Assembly (NCBI GenBank): GCA_024720975.1
Contig: JANJXX010000005.1
Location: 32,463-96,462 of the forward strand
DNA length: 64,000 bases
Source: Thermoproteota archaeon
GTDB taxonomy: Archaea > Asgardarchaeota > Njordarchaeia > Njordarchaeales > Panguiarchaeaceae
Direction of reading: 5' to 3'
The notes beneath the pieces were generated by a model. It saw nothing but the letters and a program-made list of their open reading frames with translations. It made no database searches and had not been told where the DNA came from. Positions 49,996 through 60,404 of this stretch are shown here, in pieces; position 1 is the stretch's first letter; each line of letters begins with the position of its first letter. A program made the position numbers and the translations under genes.

Positions 49996-51454
49996 ATCTC
50001 TTTCCCAGGTAAAAATAGTGCCTCGCCTCTTTCCCACATATAACACAGTTCCCCTCAGCTTTCTCCTCGGGATTATGACCAAGTCCATTGAGTCCCAATT
50101 TCTCTTCGATGGAGAGCCCGCATGAATCATCTCCACACCAGGGTAGCTTTAGTATTCCACCTCCAAGTTCACTATACTTTTTAGCAGCTTCCTCTATCGA
50201 TTTGCACAAAATTATGTTAGATTCTAACCAATTCTTCGCTCGGCGGTAGAGCTCCTCGGAAATCTCCTTAAACAGCTTGTCGATGGTATCCTTTAGTTCG
50301 GCCTCAGCAACTGTGAGCCTCCTTAAAAGATCCCTTCTACACAAAGTTACTTTGTTTTCTTTGGTCTCTTTCTCGCCAATCTCTATTCTAAGTGGAACTC
50401 CTCGAAGTTCCCACCAATAGAATTTACTGCCCGGCGTGAGTTCAGGTCTATCATCCAACTTAACCCGATAACCATACTGCTTTAATCTCTCCGCTATCGC
50501 TTTAGCATACTTTAATATTTCATCTTGCATTTTCTCGTGAGGGATTGGTACTATTACTAATTGTATAGGGGCCACGTTCGGCGGTAAAATAAGTCCCCTT
50601 GAATCTCCATGTATTGAAAGCAGGACTCCAACAACGCGCTCTGATACTCCATAACATGTTTGGTAAACATATTTCCATGCTCCATCAACGTCTTGGAACT
50701 TTATGTCAAACGCGCGTGCGAATTTTTGACCTAAGTTTATAACGGAGCCTATTTCTATTGCCTTTCTATCAGGCATTACTGTAAAGAAGTCGAAGTTGTA
50801 TTCAGCTCCAGCAAAAGTATCCCAGGGAGGAGTTTTAAGGATGATATGCGGGATTAGCAGTGAGTTAAAGAAAGTACTGTATATAGTTATTGCCTCTTTG
50901 ATTTGCTGCTCAGCTTCCTCGTAAGTCCTATGTACTGTATGAGCCTCGTTAAATCTTACTATCTCTCTTACCCTGATTATTGGTTTAGTTTGCTCTGTTT
51001 CATATCTAAACACGTTGACTGTTTGATAGATTTTTAATGGAAGATCCCTATAAGATGTTATCCAAATGTTGAACATGTAGTACATTACAGTCTCAGAGGT
51101 TGGTCTTAGTAGAAGTCTCTGCTCAAGCTTTTTCGATATTGTACGCTCAACGACGAAGGTTTCGCCTGAGAAACCTTCAAGGAAATCCTTTTCCTTTGCA
51201 AAAATTTTTTCTGGAACCAGCATTGGGAAGTAGGCTTCTTCATGACCATAGGCCTCTAGAAGTTCCTCCAGAATTCGCATAGTCAATTTTAGAACTTTGA
51301 AGCCGTACGGTTTCCAAACGAGCATTCCTTTAAGTGGATATCGTTTATCAATCACTTCTGCATCTTCCGTGACAATGTCGTACCACTCGCTAAACTTCTC
51401 ATTCCTATCCGGAAGTTTATTCATGCATATCACACCTGCACGTTTTCTAATCAT
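49991..51454 (-). CDS. proS: Proline--tRNA ligase, archaeal/eukaryotic type
   Basis: FSEWY, LRPTSET, FRYE, FAGA, CYGVSER, GL.LPP..APIQ, GVPLRIEIG, C-terminal Y. Confidence 0.96.
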   Translation of the reverse strand: MIRKRAGVICMNKLPDRNEKFSEWYDIVTEDAEVIDKRYPLKGMLVWKPYGFKVLKLTMRILEELLEAYGHEEAYFPMLVPEKIFAKEKDFLEGFSGETFVVERTISKKLEQRLLLRPTSETVMYYMFNIWITSYRDLPLKIYQTVNVFRYETEQTKPIIRVREIVRFNEAHTVHRTYEEAEQQIKEAITIYSTFFNSLLIPHIILKTPPWDTFAGAEYNFDFFTVMPDRKAIEIGSVINLGQKFARAFDIKFQDVDGAWKYVYQTCYGVSERVVGVLLSIHGDSRGLILPPNVAPIQLVIVPIPHEKMQDEILKYAKAIAERLKQYGYRVKLDDRPELTPGSKFYWWELRGVPLRIEIGEKETKENKVTLCRRDLLRRLTVAEAELKDTIDKLFKEISEELYRRAKNWLESNIILCKSIEEAAKKYSELGGGILKLPWCGDDSCGLSIEEKLGLNGLGHNPEEKAEGNCVICGKEARHYFYLGKRY

Positions 51455-51809
51455 TTAGTTGATTGATATTTAATGTAAGTGAGGGGGATTAAGACTCTTC
51501 TAAAGACATTTTATAAATATTAATTATTCCAAATGCTCAAAAGCACAATGATAAGCACTTATATTAAATTATCAGTTTCCTCATGATCTGAAAGTTATTA
51601 GAAAGCGTTCTCAAGCACGTAGTATAAGTGAAAGACTTAGTAGTGGCGTAAATTTTTAAAAGTCTCGACTAGTCATGGAATGCCAAAGGATTCGAAGTTT
51701 GATAGATATGTTATCTATGGTCTACGGCAAATTAGAATAGTTTAAATAAAGGACTAGGAGATTTAATACTAAAAAATTCTAAAGTAGGAAGCACTTTGAG
51801 GTTGGTAAC

Positions 51810-54800
51810 TTGCACAAAATGTGTAACGCGGATACTCTAAAGGCTCTGCCAGAAATACTATTCAGAAATGCGTGTCCCAACTGCGGAGGGAATATAGACG
51901 CGAGGAGATTATTCCTCGGCATTCCTTGTGAGCTCTGTCTTCCTTTGAGTACGGAGGAAATAAAGCAAGCTAAGGAAAACATGGACTTTTACACATTCCT
52001 TGAGTTTATAGCTTCTAACACTAGGCTGCGCGAAGGGAGCAAGTTCAAAAGATACGTAGACTTAGAGCTTGAAGTCAGGAATTTAGACAAATTATCTGAA
52101 GCAATTTGTGGAAATAAACTCCACCCAATTCAAAGAACTTGGGTCAGGCGATTACTGAAGGGCTTGAGTTTCTCAATAACGGCAGCAACGGGCCTCGGTA
52201 AGACATACTTTGGAATCGTAGCAGCAATATACTATGCTATGAAAGGCAAGAAAACCCTATTTGTTGTTCCAACAGCAGCATTAGTAATGCAGGTTTTAGA
52301 CAAATTCCATCAAGCTCTAGCCAGTATAGGTAACAGAAGTATCACCGTGATCGGTTATCATGCCAGATTATCAGCAAGTGAAAAAGAAAAATTCGTGAAT
52401 AGCGTAAAAGAAGGAGCTTTTGACATAATTGTAATAACATCAAAGTTTCTAATTAGTTATTTCAAATTACTCGAGGGGCATAAATTTGACTTAATATTTG
52501 TCGATGATGTGGATGCACTTCTAAAATCTTCGAAGAATATAGACAATGTTCTCTATCTAGCTGGCTTTAGAAAGGAGCATATCGATGAGGCACTAAACTT
52601 AGTTATGAGAAAACAAAACTTTGCAAGGCTTAGAACAAAATCCAGAAGGAAGCTTTTAGAAGCTACAAGGAAGTTCAAAGAACTCATTGCTGAGTATAAA
52701 AGCAAAAATGGGGTAGGACAAATAATAGTCTCGTCAGCAACTGGAACCACCCGCGGACTGAGAGTAAAAATCCTCCGCGAGCTCTTAGATTTCACAATAG
52801 GATCTACTCGAGGTGGCTTCAGAAATATAGTCGACTCCTTCTATGTAATCAAACCTGGAGAGAAGAATGTGATCGCAAATATCATCCAAAAACTTGGGAC
52901 TGGTGGGGTTATATTTCTAAGCAGAGTTAACAGAAAAATCATTAGCAAGGTTGTAAACGACCTAGAGAAATTAGGTTTCAAAGTTGGGGATGCGACCAAG
53001 CAAGTAAACATAGATAAGATGATCAAAGCCTTCTCCAATGGTGAACTAGATATACTTATTGGAGCAGCTGCATACTATGGAAAGTTAGTCCGTGGTCTAG
53101 ACATTCCGCAAGCAATAAGATATGCTGTATTCATTGGTGTTCCTCACTTTAGATTTCCGCTGGAAATAACTGAAAAAACGCATCCATACAGGGGATATGT
53201 TATACTTAGTGAACTTGTGGGGCTTATAGAAGACAGAAAGAAGCAAACAGAACTTTTAAGGCTTGTGAGCAGCTTCAGAAGAAAATTCATGAGGTTAAGA
53301 CACGCTACTAGACAGCAAATTCTAGATTCTATTTTGGAGAAAAAACCCCTTCCCTCTAAGCAACTAGAGGCAATAAAAGAATTGTGTATAAATATTCTAA
53401 AGGTTGCTAAAGAATTATTGTCTGATAAAGATATCATAAGCAAGTTAAATAAAAGTCCCTTCGTAGAGGTAAGAGAAGATAATGGAAGGTTATATCTATA
53501 CATTCCAGACGCAAAAACATACGTGCAATGCTCAGGAAGAACCTCTCGTTTATATGCGGGAGGAATAACAAAGGGGCTTGCCGTTATTGTCACGCGTCGA
53601 AGAAAACTGCTCGAAAGTCTTCAATATCGAACTAGGCCCTACGCCATTACTGAGTGGTATGATTTTGAAAAGCTAGACATAGATAGTATCCTAGAGGATA
53701 TCAATAAAGACAGAGAAAAACTCAAAGAAATTATCAGCGGAAGTAGAGTCCCAGAACCTAAAGAATTAATGCACTCAGCATTGGTAGTTGTAGAGTCTCC
53801 AACCAAGGCGAAAACCATAGCAAGTTTCTTCGGAAAGCCTGCCAAAAGGATAATGAAGAATCTCATTGTTTATGAGGCCTCTACCGGTAAGCATGTGCTA
53901 AACATAATGGCAACAAGGGGGCACATATTTGACCTAGTATTAGAGGATATAGAGGTATCAGATATTGCTGCCATAAAAAGCTTCTTTGATATAAGCAGTA
54001 ACCTGTATGGCGTAAGAATCGAAAGCGATGGTGATAAAATTAACTATGTTCCAGAATATCATGTTCTAGGGATTTGCAGGAATTGTGGTAAGAGGTTTAC
54101 GGGCTTATACGAAAGATGTCCGAGGTGCGGAAGCGACGATATAGTATCGCAGCAGGATGTGCTAGAAGTGCTTTATGAAATCGCTAGCGAATCTGATGAG
54201 GTCATAATAGCAACGGATCCTGACTCTGAGGGAGAAAAAATAGGTTTCGATGTTGCTCTTATGGTGGCGCCATATTCAGAAAAAATAAGTAGAATAGAAT
54301 ACCACGCCATCACGCCATATGAATTTAAAAAAGCCCTTGAGAATCCACGTAGTATAAATCTAGATATGGTTAAAGCACAACTTGTTAGGAGAATTACTGA
54401 CAGGTGGGTTGGTTTCGTTTTCAGTCACCTATTGTGGAAACTCAAGCGCGTTAGAAAGAAATTCTTCTCTTACTCAGCAGGTAGAGTCCAGACACCAGTT
54501 CTTGGATGGATTATAGAGAGATTTGATGAATACAAAAAGAGTAAAGTTAAAGGATACACAATAAGACTCTCTAACGGATATTCGATAAACATCGAGGGGG
54601 ACATTATACCAAAGGAGGTTTTATCATCACTCATTGGAAAAAGTATAGAAGTAAACATTTCTAGCACGCGCGAGGAGACAATAAACCCTCCACCTCCATA
54701 CACCACTGCAGAATTACTAAAGGACCTATCAAACCAACTCAAAATGGGAAGTAGCGAAATCATGAGAATTCTACAAGAGCTTTTCGAATCCGGATTAATA

Positions 54801-55727
54801 ACGTATCACAGGACAGATTCGACTAGAGTAAGTCCAGAGGGAATAAACGTTGCAAAAGAGTACATAAAAAGTGAGCTTGGTGATCTTAATCTGTTCCAAC
54901 CCAGAACATGGGGAGATGAGAAAGAGGGAGCTCATGAATGCATCCGACCAACGATGCCAATAACGGCTAGCGCTCTCATAAGAATGCTGCAGACAGAAGA
55001 AATAGTACTACCAGTGAAGTTTACGAAAAAACACTTTGCTGTCTATCAACAGATATTTAAGAGATTTATGGCCAGTCAAATGAAGCCAGCTAGGGTTAGA
55101 ATTAGTACGATTGATCTTATGATTGATGGTGCAATTAAGCATAGACTTGAGGGTATAACGGACATTCTTGAGCCTGGATTTATGACAATATACCCATACA
55201 ACACTCTCCCAAGATTTGAAGGCGTGGAAATTGAACAGGTTAAGAGTGTGAAGATCATCAAAAAGCCCCTCTACTCAGAAAGTGATGTCATTGATAGAAT
55301 GCGGAGTGAGGGAATCGGTCGACCGTCAACGTATGCAATAGTTCTTGACACGCTTTTCAAGAGAGGCTACATAAAGGCAAGTCTGTACAGAAGAAAGATT
55401 TTTCCGCTGAAAAAAGGCATTTCCATATACCGGTTACTAGTAAATAGCATAAACTCATACGTAAAAGACCTCAAGAAAAAAGATGTAAAACTTGCAGAAG
55501 GTTTAAAGAGGTTTATTAGCGTTGATGGTACAAGGGATCTAGAGAAAAAAATGGACCTCGTCGAGCAGGGTAAAGAGGACTACCAGAAAATTCTAAGGGA
55601 GGTTCATGATTCGTTAGCAGGGCTCCTGAATGATTTGAGTAAGTACTATGCCAGAGAGCTTTTGCCCGCAATAGAGAAGGAGTTAGCACAAGCAAATAAA
55701 GGCTCTGATAGAACTCGTAAGGCTTGA
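51810..55727 (+). CDS. rgy: Reverse gyrase
   Basis: N-terminal CPNCGG..C..C, ATGLGKT, DDVD, RGLD.P, SGRTSR, VESPTKA, DPDSEGE, SAGRVQTP, ITYHRTDS, GIGRPSTY. Confidence 0.97.
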   Translation: MHKMCNADTLKALPEILFRNACPNCGGNIDARRLFLGIPCELCLPLSTEEIKQAKENMDFYTFLEFIASNTRLREGSKFKRYVDLELEVRNLDKLSEAICGNKLHPIQRTWVRRLLKGLSFSITAATGLGKTYFGIVAAIYYAMKGKKTLFVVPTAALVMQVLDKFHQALASIGNRSITVIGYHARLSASEKEKFVNSVKEGAFDIIVITSKFLISYFKLLEGHKFDLIFVDDVDALLKSSKNIDNVLYLAGFRKEHIDEALNLVMRKQNFARLRTKSRRKLLEATRKFKELIAEYKSKNGVGQIIVSSATGTTRGLRVKILRELLDFTIGSTRGGFRNIVDSFYVIKPGEKNVIANIIQKLGTGGVIFLSRVNRKIISKVVNDLEKLGFKVGDATKQVNIDKMIKAFSNGELDILIGAAAYYGKLVRGLDIPQAIRYAVFIGVPHFRFPLEITEKTHPYRGYVILSELVGLIEDRKKQTELLRLVSSFRRKFMRLRHATRQQILDSILEKKPLPSKQLEAIKELCINILKVAKELLSDKDIISKLNKSPFVEVREDNGRLYLYIPDAKTYVQCSGRTSRLYAGGITKGLAVIVTRRRKLLESLQYRTRPYAITEWYDFEKLDIDSILEDINKDREKLKEIISGSRVPEPKELMHSALVVVESPTKAKTIASFFGKPAKRIMKNLIVYEASTGKHVLNIMATRGHIFDLVLEDIEVSDIAAIKSFFDISSNLYGVRIESDGDKINYVPEYHVLGICRNCGKRFTGLYERCPRCGSDDIVSQQDVLEVLYEIASESDEVIIATDPDSEGEKIGFDVALMVAPYSEKISRIEYHAITPYEFKKALENPRSINLDMVKAQLVRRITDRWVGFVFSHLLWKLKRVRKKFFSYSAGRVQTPVLGWIIERFDEYKKSKVKGYTIRLSNGYSINIEGDIIPKEVLSSLIGKSIEVNISSTREETINPPPPYTTAELLKDLSNQLKMGSSEIMRILQELFESGLITYHRTDSTRVSPEGINVAKEYIKSELGDLNLFQPRTWGDEKEGAHECIRPTMPITASALIRMLQTEEIVLPVKFTKKHFAVYQQIFKRFMASQMKPARVRISTIDLMIDGAIKHRLEGITDILEPGFMTIYPYNTLPRFEGVEIEQVKSVKIIKKPLYSESDVIDRMRSEGIGRPSTYAIVLDTLFKRGYIKASLYRRKIFPLKKGISIYRLLVNSINSYVKDLKKKDVKLAEGLKRFISVDGTRDLEKKMDLVEQGKEDYQKILREVHDSLAGLLNDLSKYYARELLPAIEKELAQANKGSDRTRKA

Positions 55728-55772
55728 ATTCCATACGATTTAGGACGTACAGTCTGAGATATGAATTTCAAA

Positions 55773-56573
55773 TTATTGTGTCCTCCTAATAGTGATTTTA
55801 TCTCCTAACTTAACATTCAGCAGATCTTTGGCAGATGCTTGATTTGCTGCTATTTCTAAGTAGCCATGTGAAGTTTCTTTAAGGAGAACGAGCCTACCTA
55901 AGGGAACGTCACCGAATGTGCGTCCAACAGTAGCCTCTAATTTCTTATCTTGTGTTTCTATGATAACTTTTGTCCAAATTAGTTCACTGAATAAATCGCA
56001 GGGTACATTCAGGAAAATGTTTCCAAAGCTATCTATTGCTAATACTTCAGCCTCGTAGAAGCCATTTTCGATTGTAGGCTTTGGAAGTTCAATTCTAACC
56101 AATTCTTGGGGATCTACTACCGGGCCCAGATTCGTTATGGGAACTCCTATTGATAAGTATGCTGAGACGGGAGCAAAAATATCCCTTCCATGAAATGTAG
56201 TGCTTATCTCTGGAAGCATGAATTCTCTATTCTTGAGTTCGACGCACGTTATGATTCCGTCTTCCAGAGCAGCCATGGAAAGACAGCCATTATCAGGACC
56301 TACAAAAAAGAAATTTCTCGTCTTTATCGCTATTCCGCGCCTGGTAGTTCCAACGCCAGGGTCAACAACACAACAAAAAATTGTCTCTTTAGGAAAGTAC
56401 TTATAAGAGACCTTGAGTATGAATGCCGCATATTTGACATTAAAGTTAGGTATGCCATGCGACAAATCAACGATTTTAGCATTTGGGTTAATCCTATAGA
56501 TGACTCCCTTCATAATGCCGACAAATGGATCCTGAACGCCAAAATCTGTTATCAATGCAATGATTCTATTCAT
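55773..56573 (-). CDS. SAM hydroxide adenosyltransferase (DUF62, chlorinase/fluorinase family)
   Basis: TDFG..D.FVG.MKG, VVDPGVGT.R, GPDNG, TFHGRDIFAP, D.FGN. Confidence 0.92.
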   Translation of the reverse strand: MNRIIALITDFGVQDPFVGIMKGVIYRINPNAKIVDLSHGIPNFNVKYAAFILKVSYKYFPKETIFCCVVDPGVGTTRRGIAIKTRNFFFVGPDNGCLSMAALEDGIITCVELKNREFMLPEISTTFHGRDIFAPVSAYLSIGVPITNLGPVVDPQELVRIELPKPTIENGFYEAEVLAIDSFGNIFLNVPCDLFSELIWTKVIIETQDKKLEATVGRTFGDVPLGRLVLLKETSHGYLEIAANQASAKDLLNVKLGDKITIRRTQ

Positions 56574-57300
56574 GACATTCTCCCCAGCAGAAGTACAGGT
56601 TTTCTTGGGTGGGTTTCAGCTCGATAATATTGAACTCCGTTATGTAGCCGTCATAAACAAGCATCTTGTTTATTAGAGGTCTTCCAATGCCTGCTAAGAG
56701 TTTTATCGTTTCCGTAGCTTGTATTAGTCCGATTATTCCTGGAGTCGTGCCCAAGACAGGAACAAATTCCTTGTCTCTGGGTTCGCTTATCAAGCGACGA
56801 AGGCACAGCGTCTCATGGGGAACTATGTCAGTAACTTGACCATAGAGACCTTCTATACCTCCATGTATGAGGATCTTCTTACTCTTACAGATTGCTTCAT
56901 CGAGTATAAATCTCGTTTTCCAGTTGTCTAGGCAATCAACGATGATGTCCGCACTCTTAACAAGATCGAAAGCATTATCTTCAGCTATATGTTCATCTAA
57001 AGTATCTATATTAACCTCTGGATTGAGCGATTGAAGTCTCTCTTTAGCTACAGCAACTTTCTTTTTTCCTAAATCTTTACTTGTGTATAGTATCTGTCTG
57101 TTCAAATCTGACAGCTTAATTATATCAGGATCGACAAGAATAAGTTTCCCAATGCCGCTTGCTGCCAAATATATGCTTACAATAGAGCCAAGCCCTCCAA
57201 CGCCAGCTATAAGAACTCGAGCAGATTCGAGTCTTTTTTGACCCTCTTCTCCTATTATTGGGAGTTGTCTTGAGTATCTCTCTTTATTAAAAATAATCAT
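56566..57300 (-). CDS. ThiF/MoeB/UbaA E1-like adenylyltransferase
   Basis: RYSRQ, GVGGLG, SDLNRQILY, DCLDN..TR. Confidence 0.88.
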   Translation of the reverse strand: MIIFNKERYSRQLPIIGEEGQKRLESARVLIAGVGGLGSIVSIYLAASGIGKLILVDPDIIKLSDLNRQILYTSKDLGKKKVAVAKERLQSLNPEVNIDTLDEHIAEDNAFDLVKSADIIVDCLDNWKTRFILDEAICKSKKILIHGGIEGLYGQVTDIVPHETLCLRRLISEPRDKEFVPVLGTTPGIIGLIQATETIKLLAGIGRPLINKMLVYDGYITEFNIIELKPTQENLYFCWGECHE

Positions 57301-57315
57301 GACTTGCGCCCCGGA

Positions 57316-58482
57316 CTAAACTTTAGATGCTCCAGCAAATAAATGCAGGAGTTCACTTTGAATAAAGGCAACCCAAGTTTCATCGTTGGTCACAATGCCT
57401 ATAATACTATGGGGATCTACTATAGTCTCAGGAATAGCGGCTAAAACAGCCTCCTTCAAGTCCATCACAACTCCAAAAACCCTGACATTTTTCATAGTCC
57501 TTAATTGTACGGTTGGACCCCTTGATTTTAGTTCCTCTATTATTCGTTGATGGGCTGGAAAAGCTTCTGCAACTATCTGAATACGCACCTTAGGAGAAAT
57601 CTTTTGTATAAGCTCAACTGGAACGTAGTCGTATGTGGGAGCCGCGAGAACTATAAAGTTCTCTGCTCTCTTTATTAAATCACCTACATGTCCCTTAATA
57701 ATATCCAATCCCTTGGCAATCCTGACATCGTACTCAGGCCGGAACTCTTTCTCGAAGCCCTTAATGATCAGGGCATCGATACTTGCCTTAGTAAGGTTAA
57801 ACAGATCAAGGATTTCCTCGATTTTTTGTTTGACTCTCTTTTCCAGCAACTCCCTAGTCTTGGTTGCTAGTTCTTGTGCTAGTAATTCCATATGTGTCGC
57901 TAAATCTCTGCTATATGTACCAATGGAACTTCCAAGATTAGAAACTGTTGAGCTCTTAAGAGTGTGCAGTTCCTTAGATACGATTGTCTTGAAGTCTTCC
58001 AATACTTTGTTGAAGACGCTTCCAAGAGTCTTAAGAACGCTCTCATATAGAACATTCATGAGTGATGTTTCTATTGCGCTAGCTATACTTATAACCAGGT
58101 TCTCAAGACTTTTTGACATATTATTAATCATTTCTTTAATGCTCTCAGATATCGCATTCGTACTCTCTCGAACATCAGCAGTCAAGCCTCTTTCGAACTC
58201 CGTCACAGCAGTTGTTAGTTCATCTATCTGAAGCTTTATGAGAGAGTATGGTGGTAGAGCCTCGTACATTGGAGGATTTCCGGGGAATTCCCTCGCAAGT
58301 TTGGCGACAATAAGCTCCTTCAAAGCCTTCTCAAGAGTTAACGGATCTAGTCCAGTCAAATTTGAAATATCTCCCAGGGACCGTGGCCTCAGACCTATTA
58401 GTGCCGTATAAACTATCATAGCATCCTCCGAAATTTTCGCATACTTTAGGAGATTTTTTATTGATTCAACGTAGCCTGACAA
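57316..58482 (-). CDS. TrmB-like regulator (wHTH, long coiled coil, C-terminal effector domain)
   Basis: VY.ALI...G..S...GL......LKEL...L....PG.P..Y.ALPP; heptad-rich middle; LIKRAENFIVLAAP. Confidence 0.7.
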   Translation of the reverse strand: MSGYVESIKNLLKYAKISEDAMIVYTALIGLRPRSLGDISNLTGLDPLTLEKALKELIVAKLAREFPGNPPMYEALPPYSLIKLQIDELTTAVTEFERGLTADVRESTNAISESIKEMINNMSKSLENLVISIASAIETSLMNVLYESVLKTLGSVFNKVLEDFKTIVSKELHTLKSSTVSNLGSSIGTYSRDLATHMELLAQELATKTRELLEKRVKQKIEEILDLFNLTKASIDALIIKGFEKEFRPEYDVRIAKGLDIIKGHVGDLIKRAENFIVLAAPTYDYVPVELIQKISPKVRIQIVAEAFPAHQRIIEELKSRGPTVQLRTMKNVRVFGVVMDLKEAVLAAIPETIVDPHSIIGIVTNDETWVAFIQSELLHLFAGASKV

Positions 58483-58573
58483 TTTAAACCCTCCGTATAA
58501 AAGTGATAATTTAATTTCAAGATAAAAATCACTAGATTATGAGAGAGTTTACAGCGAGATGGTGTGACTTCCA

Positions 58574-59662
58574 ATGTCATCAAGGATAGGAATCGTAATT
58601 TATGGTCCAGAAAAATCTAGCAATTTTCTCCTGATGCAAAAAATTCATGAACTATACAGAGGAGTGGCTATGCATGATATAAGACACCTTGGTGGGGGTG
58701 GCATTGAAGGCATTAACTACTGCGAATTTCAAATTGGAGACATTATATATGAGTTTTATGTACCCCCAAGCGAATCTGCGTTAAAGGTTCTAAGGGAAAA
58801 ACTAGCTAAGAGAGCCAGTGCTATCATATTCGTAGCGCCAGCATCCAAGGCGTATCTAGACAAGACATATTCTCTAATCAGTGAATTGAAGCATACCCTG
58901 TTCGCAAAGCTCGGCCCAGAGGCCGAGCACTTTCCCTTAATTTACGCTATTAACATCTCAAAGCGCACGACTATTGTTGATATGGAACCAAAGGATCTCA
59001 TAGAAGCGCTTAGGCTGCCGCATGAATCAATAATACGTGTTTTTGACATAGATGATGAGACCGCAGTGCGTGAACTATTTGGTACAGCTACGCACTTGTC
59101 ATTCTTGTGGAATTTCAGTAAAAAACAGTATTTTATTGAACTTGATGAAGAGTTTAAAGCAACTGAGAGTAAATATTTCAAGATAATGCAACCTACTGAA
59201 GTAATCTCACCAGAATACGCCAAATTATTTGTAGAAGAGCGTGCTAGGTCGAGAGAAACACCTCATCCTAGAATAATAAGTGTTTCAGATTCTATTAAAA
59301 ATAAGCTAGCAAGAAATTACATTAATGAGATAACTCTACTAAAATTCGATAGCACAGTGGGATACATTCCTTCAGGATTTATCTTTGGTGCTGGCAAAAT
59401 CGTGAAATATGTAGAAGATCCCACTAGAATAGCAGAACTTTCTATAATAGCAAAACATTCAATAGGGACACTTCTTGTCGATGGTTTTACAACTGTAGGT
59501 TTTATCAAGCTAGCGGATCAAGGATTGCTAGTTCTAGAATCGACAATTCACCACATCAAAAAATTGACTAACATCGTCAAAAAGCTTCAAAGTGAAGTCT
59601 CACATCTTTCCTCAACTAACGTTAAGGAATTAGTGGGGGCGTTAGATAAACTCCTCTCATAA
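58574..59662 (+). CDS. Degenerate small-GTPase-fold protein with C-terminal longin/uDENN-like segment
   Basis: IGIVIYGPEKSSN (eroded P-loop), ASAIIFVA, PLIYAINISK (eroded NKxD); ITLLKFDSTVG. Confidence 0.45.
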   Translation: MSSRIGIVIYGPEKSSNFLLMQKIHELYRGVAMHDIRHLGGGGIEGINYCEFQIGDIIYEFYVPPSESALKVLREKLAKRASAIIFVAPASKAYLDKTYSLISELKHTLFAKLGPEAEHFPLIYAINISKRTTIVDMEPKDLIEALRLPHESIIRVFDIDDETAVRELFGTATHLSFLWNFSKKQYFIELDEEFKATESKYFKIMQPTEVISPEYAKLFVEERARSRETPHPRIISVSDSIKNKLARNYINEITLLKFDSTVGYIPSGFIFGAGKIVKYVEDPTRIAELSIIAKHSIGTLLVDGFTTVGFIKLADQGLLVLESTIHHIKKLTNIVKKLQSEVSHLSSTNVKELVGALDKLLS

Positions 59663-59761
59663 TAATATTTAAAAGGCATAGACAACGCTTGCATCATGTT
59701 CTTAGTGTGAACAGAAAAATCCGCGCGTTCAGTTCTCTTGCAAAAGCCCTAGGGGTCACCT

Positions 59762-60322
59762 TTGAGTGAGGTAGGCGAGGTTTATTTATCAACCCAAAAA
59801 GCTGCAAAGCTACTAGGTGTTCACCGCATGACTCTATATCGCTGGGCGAGAAGCGGAAAGATCCAGTGCATTAGAACACCAACAGGGCGAATTCACTTTC
59901 CACTTTCAGAGCTTGTTAAATTTAAACCTAAGATCAAAAACTCGAATGATGTTGCTATCTATGCGCGTATTATCGATGAGGAAGCAGTAAGGCGGAGATT
60001 ATTAGAGGAGCAAGTAGCGTTTCTCAAGAACTATGCTAGGAAAATGGGCTATAATATAGTGGAGGTGGTGAAGGATGTTGGCCTGTCTAATGAGAAAAGT
60101 CTTGTAAAGCTTTTGGAACTGGCAAAAGCTGGTAAGATACGGAAAATTCTCGTAGTTAGTAAAGATAGGCTACATACGATATTCCCAGAATTTCTTGAAG
60201 AGGTTTTCAGGATATTAGGCGCTGAAATTGAGGTGGTAGACTGGGATTCCGAGGAGTTTAAGCGAACAAGGGAACTAGAGATTGTTGAATTAGTGCAAAC
60301 TTTACTATTGAAAATGAAATAG
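59762..60322 (+). CDS. IS607 TnpA-like MerR-HTH serine recombinase lacking the catalytic Ser
   Basis: AAKLLGVHRMTLYRW..SGKI..IRTPTGR HTH; AIYARII in place of YARVS; KDRL retained. Confidence 0.8.
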   Translation: MSEVGEVYLSTQKAAKLLGVHRMTLYRWARSGKIQCIRTPTGRIHFPLSELVKFKPKIKNSNDVAIYARIIDEEAVRRRLLEEQVAFLKNYARKMGYNIVEVVKDVGLSNEKSLVKLLELAKAGKIRKILVVSKDRLHTIFPEFLEEVFRILGAEIEVVDWDSEEFKRTRELEIVELVQTLLLKMK

Positions 60323-60404
60323 AAGGTCACATGAGCATTCCCTTACGAATTTTAGGTTATTAACTCTATCAATTCTAGGCTTTGAGTCGGGTAGTATCCT
60401 AACA

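Noticed and set aside
56566-57300. Eukaryote-like ubiquitin system
   Set aside because: Short ThiF/MoeB-type E1 with no neighbouring ubiquitin, E2 or E3 genes
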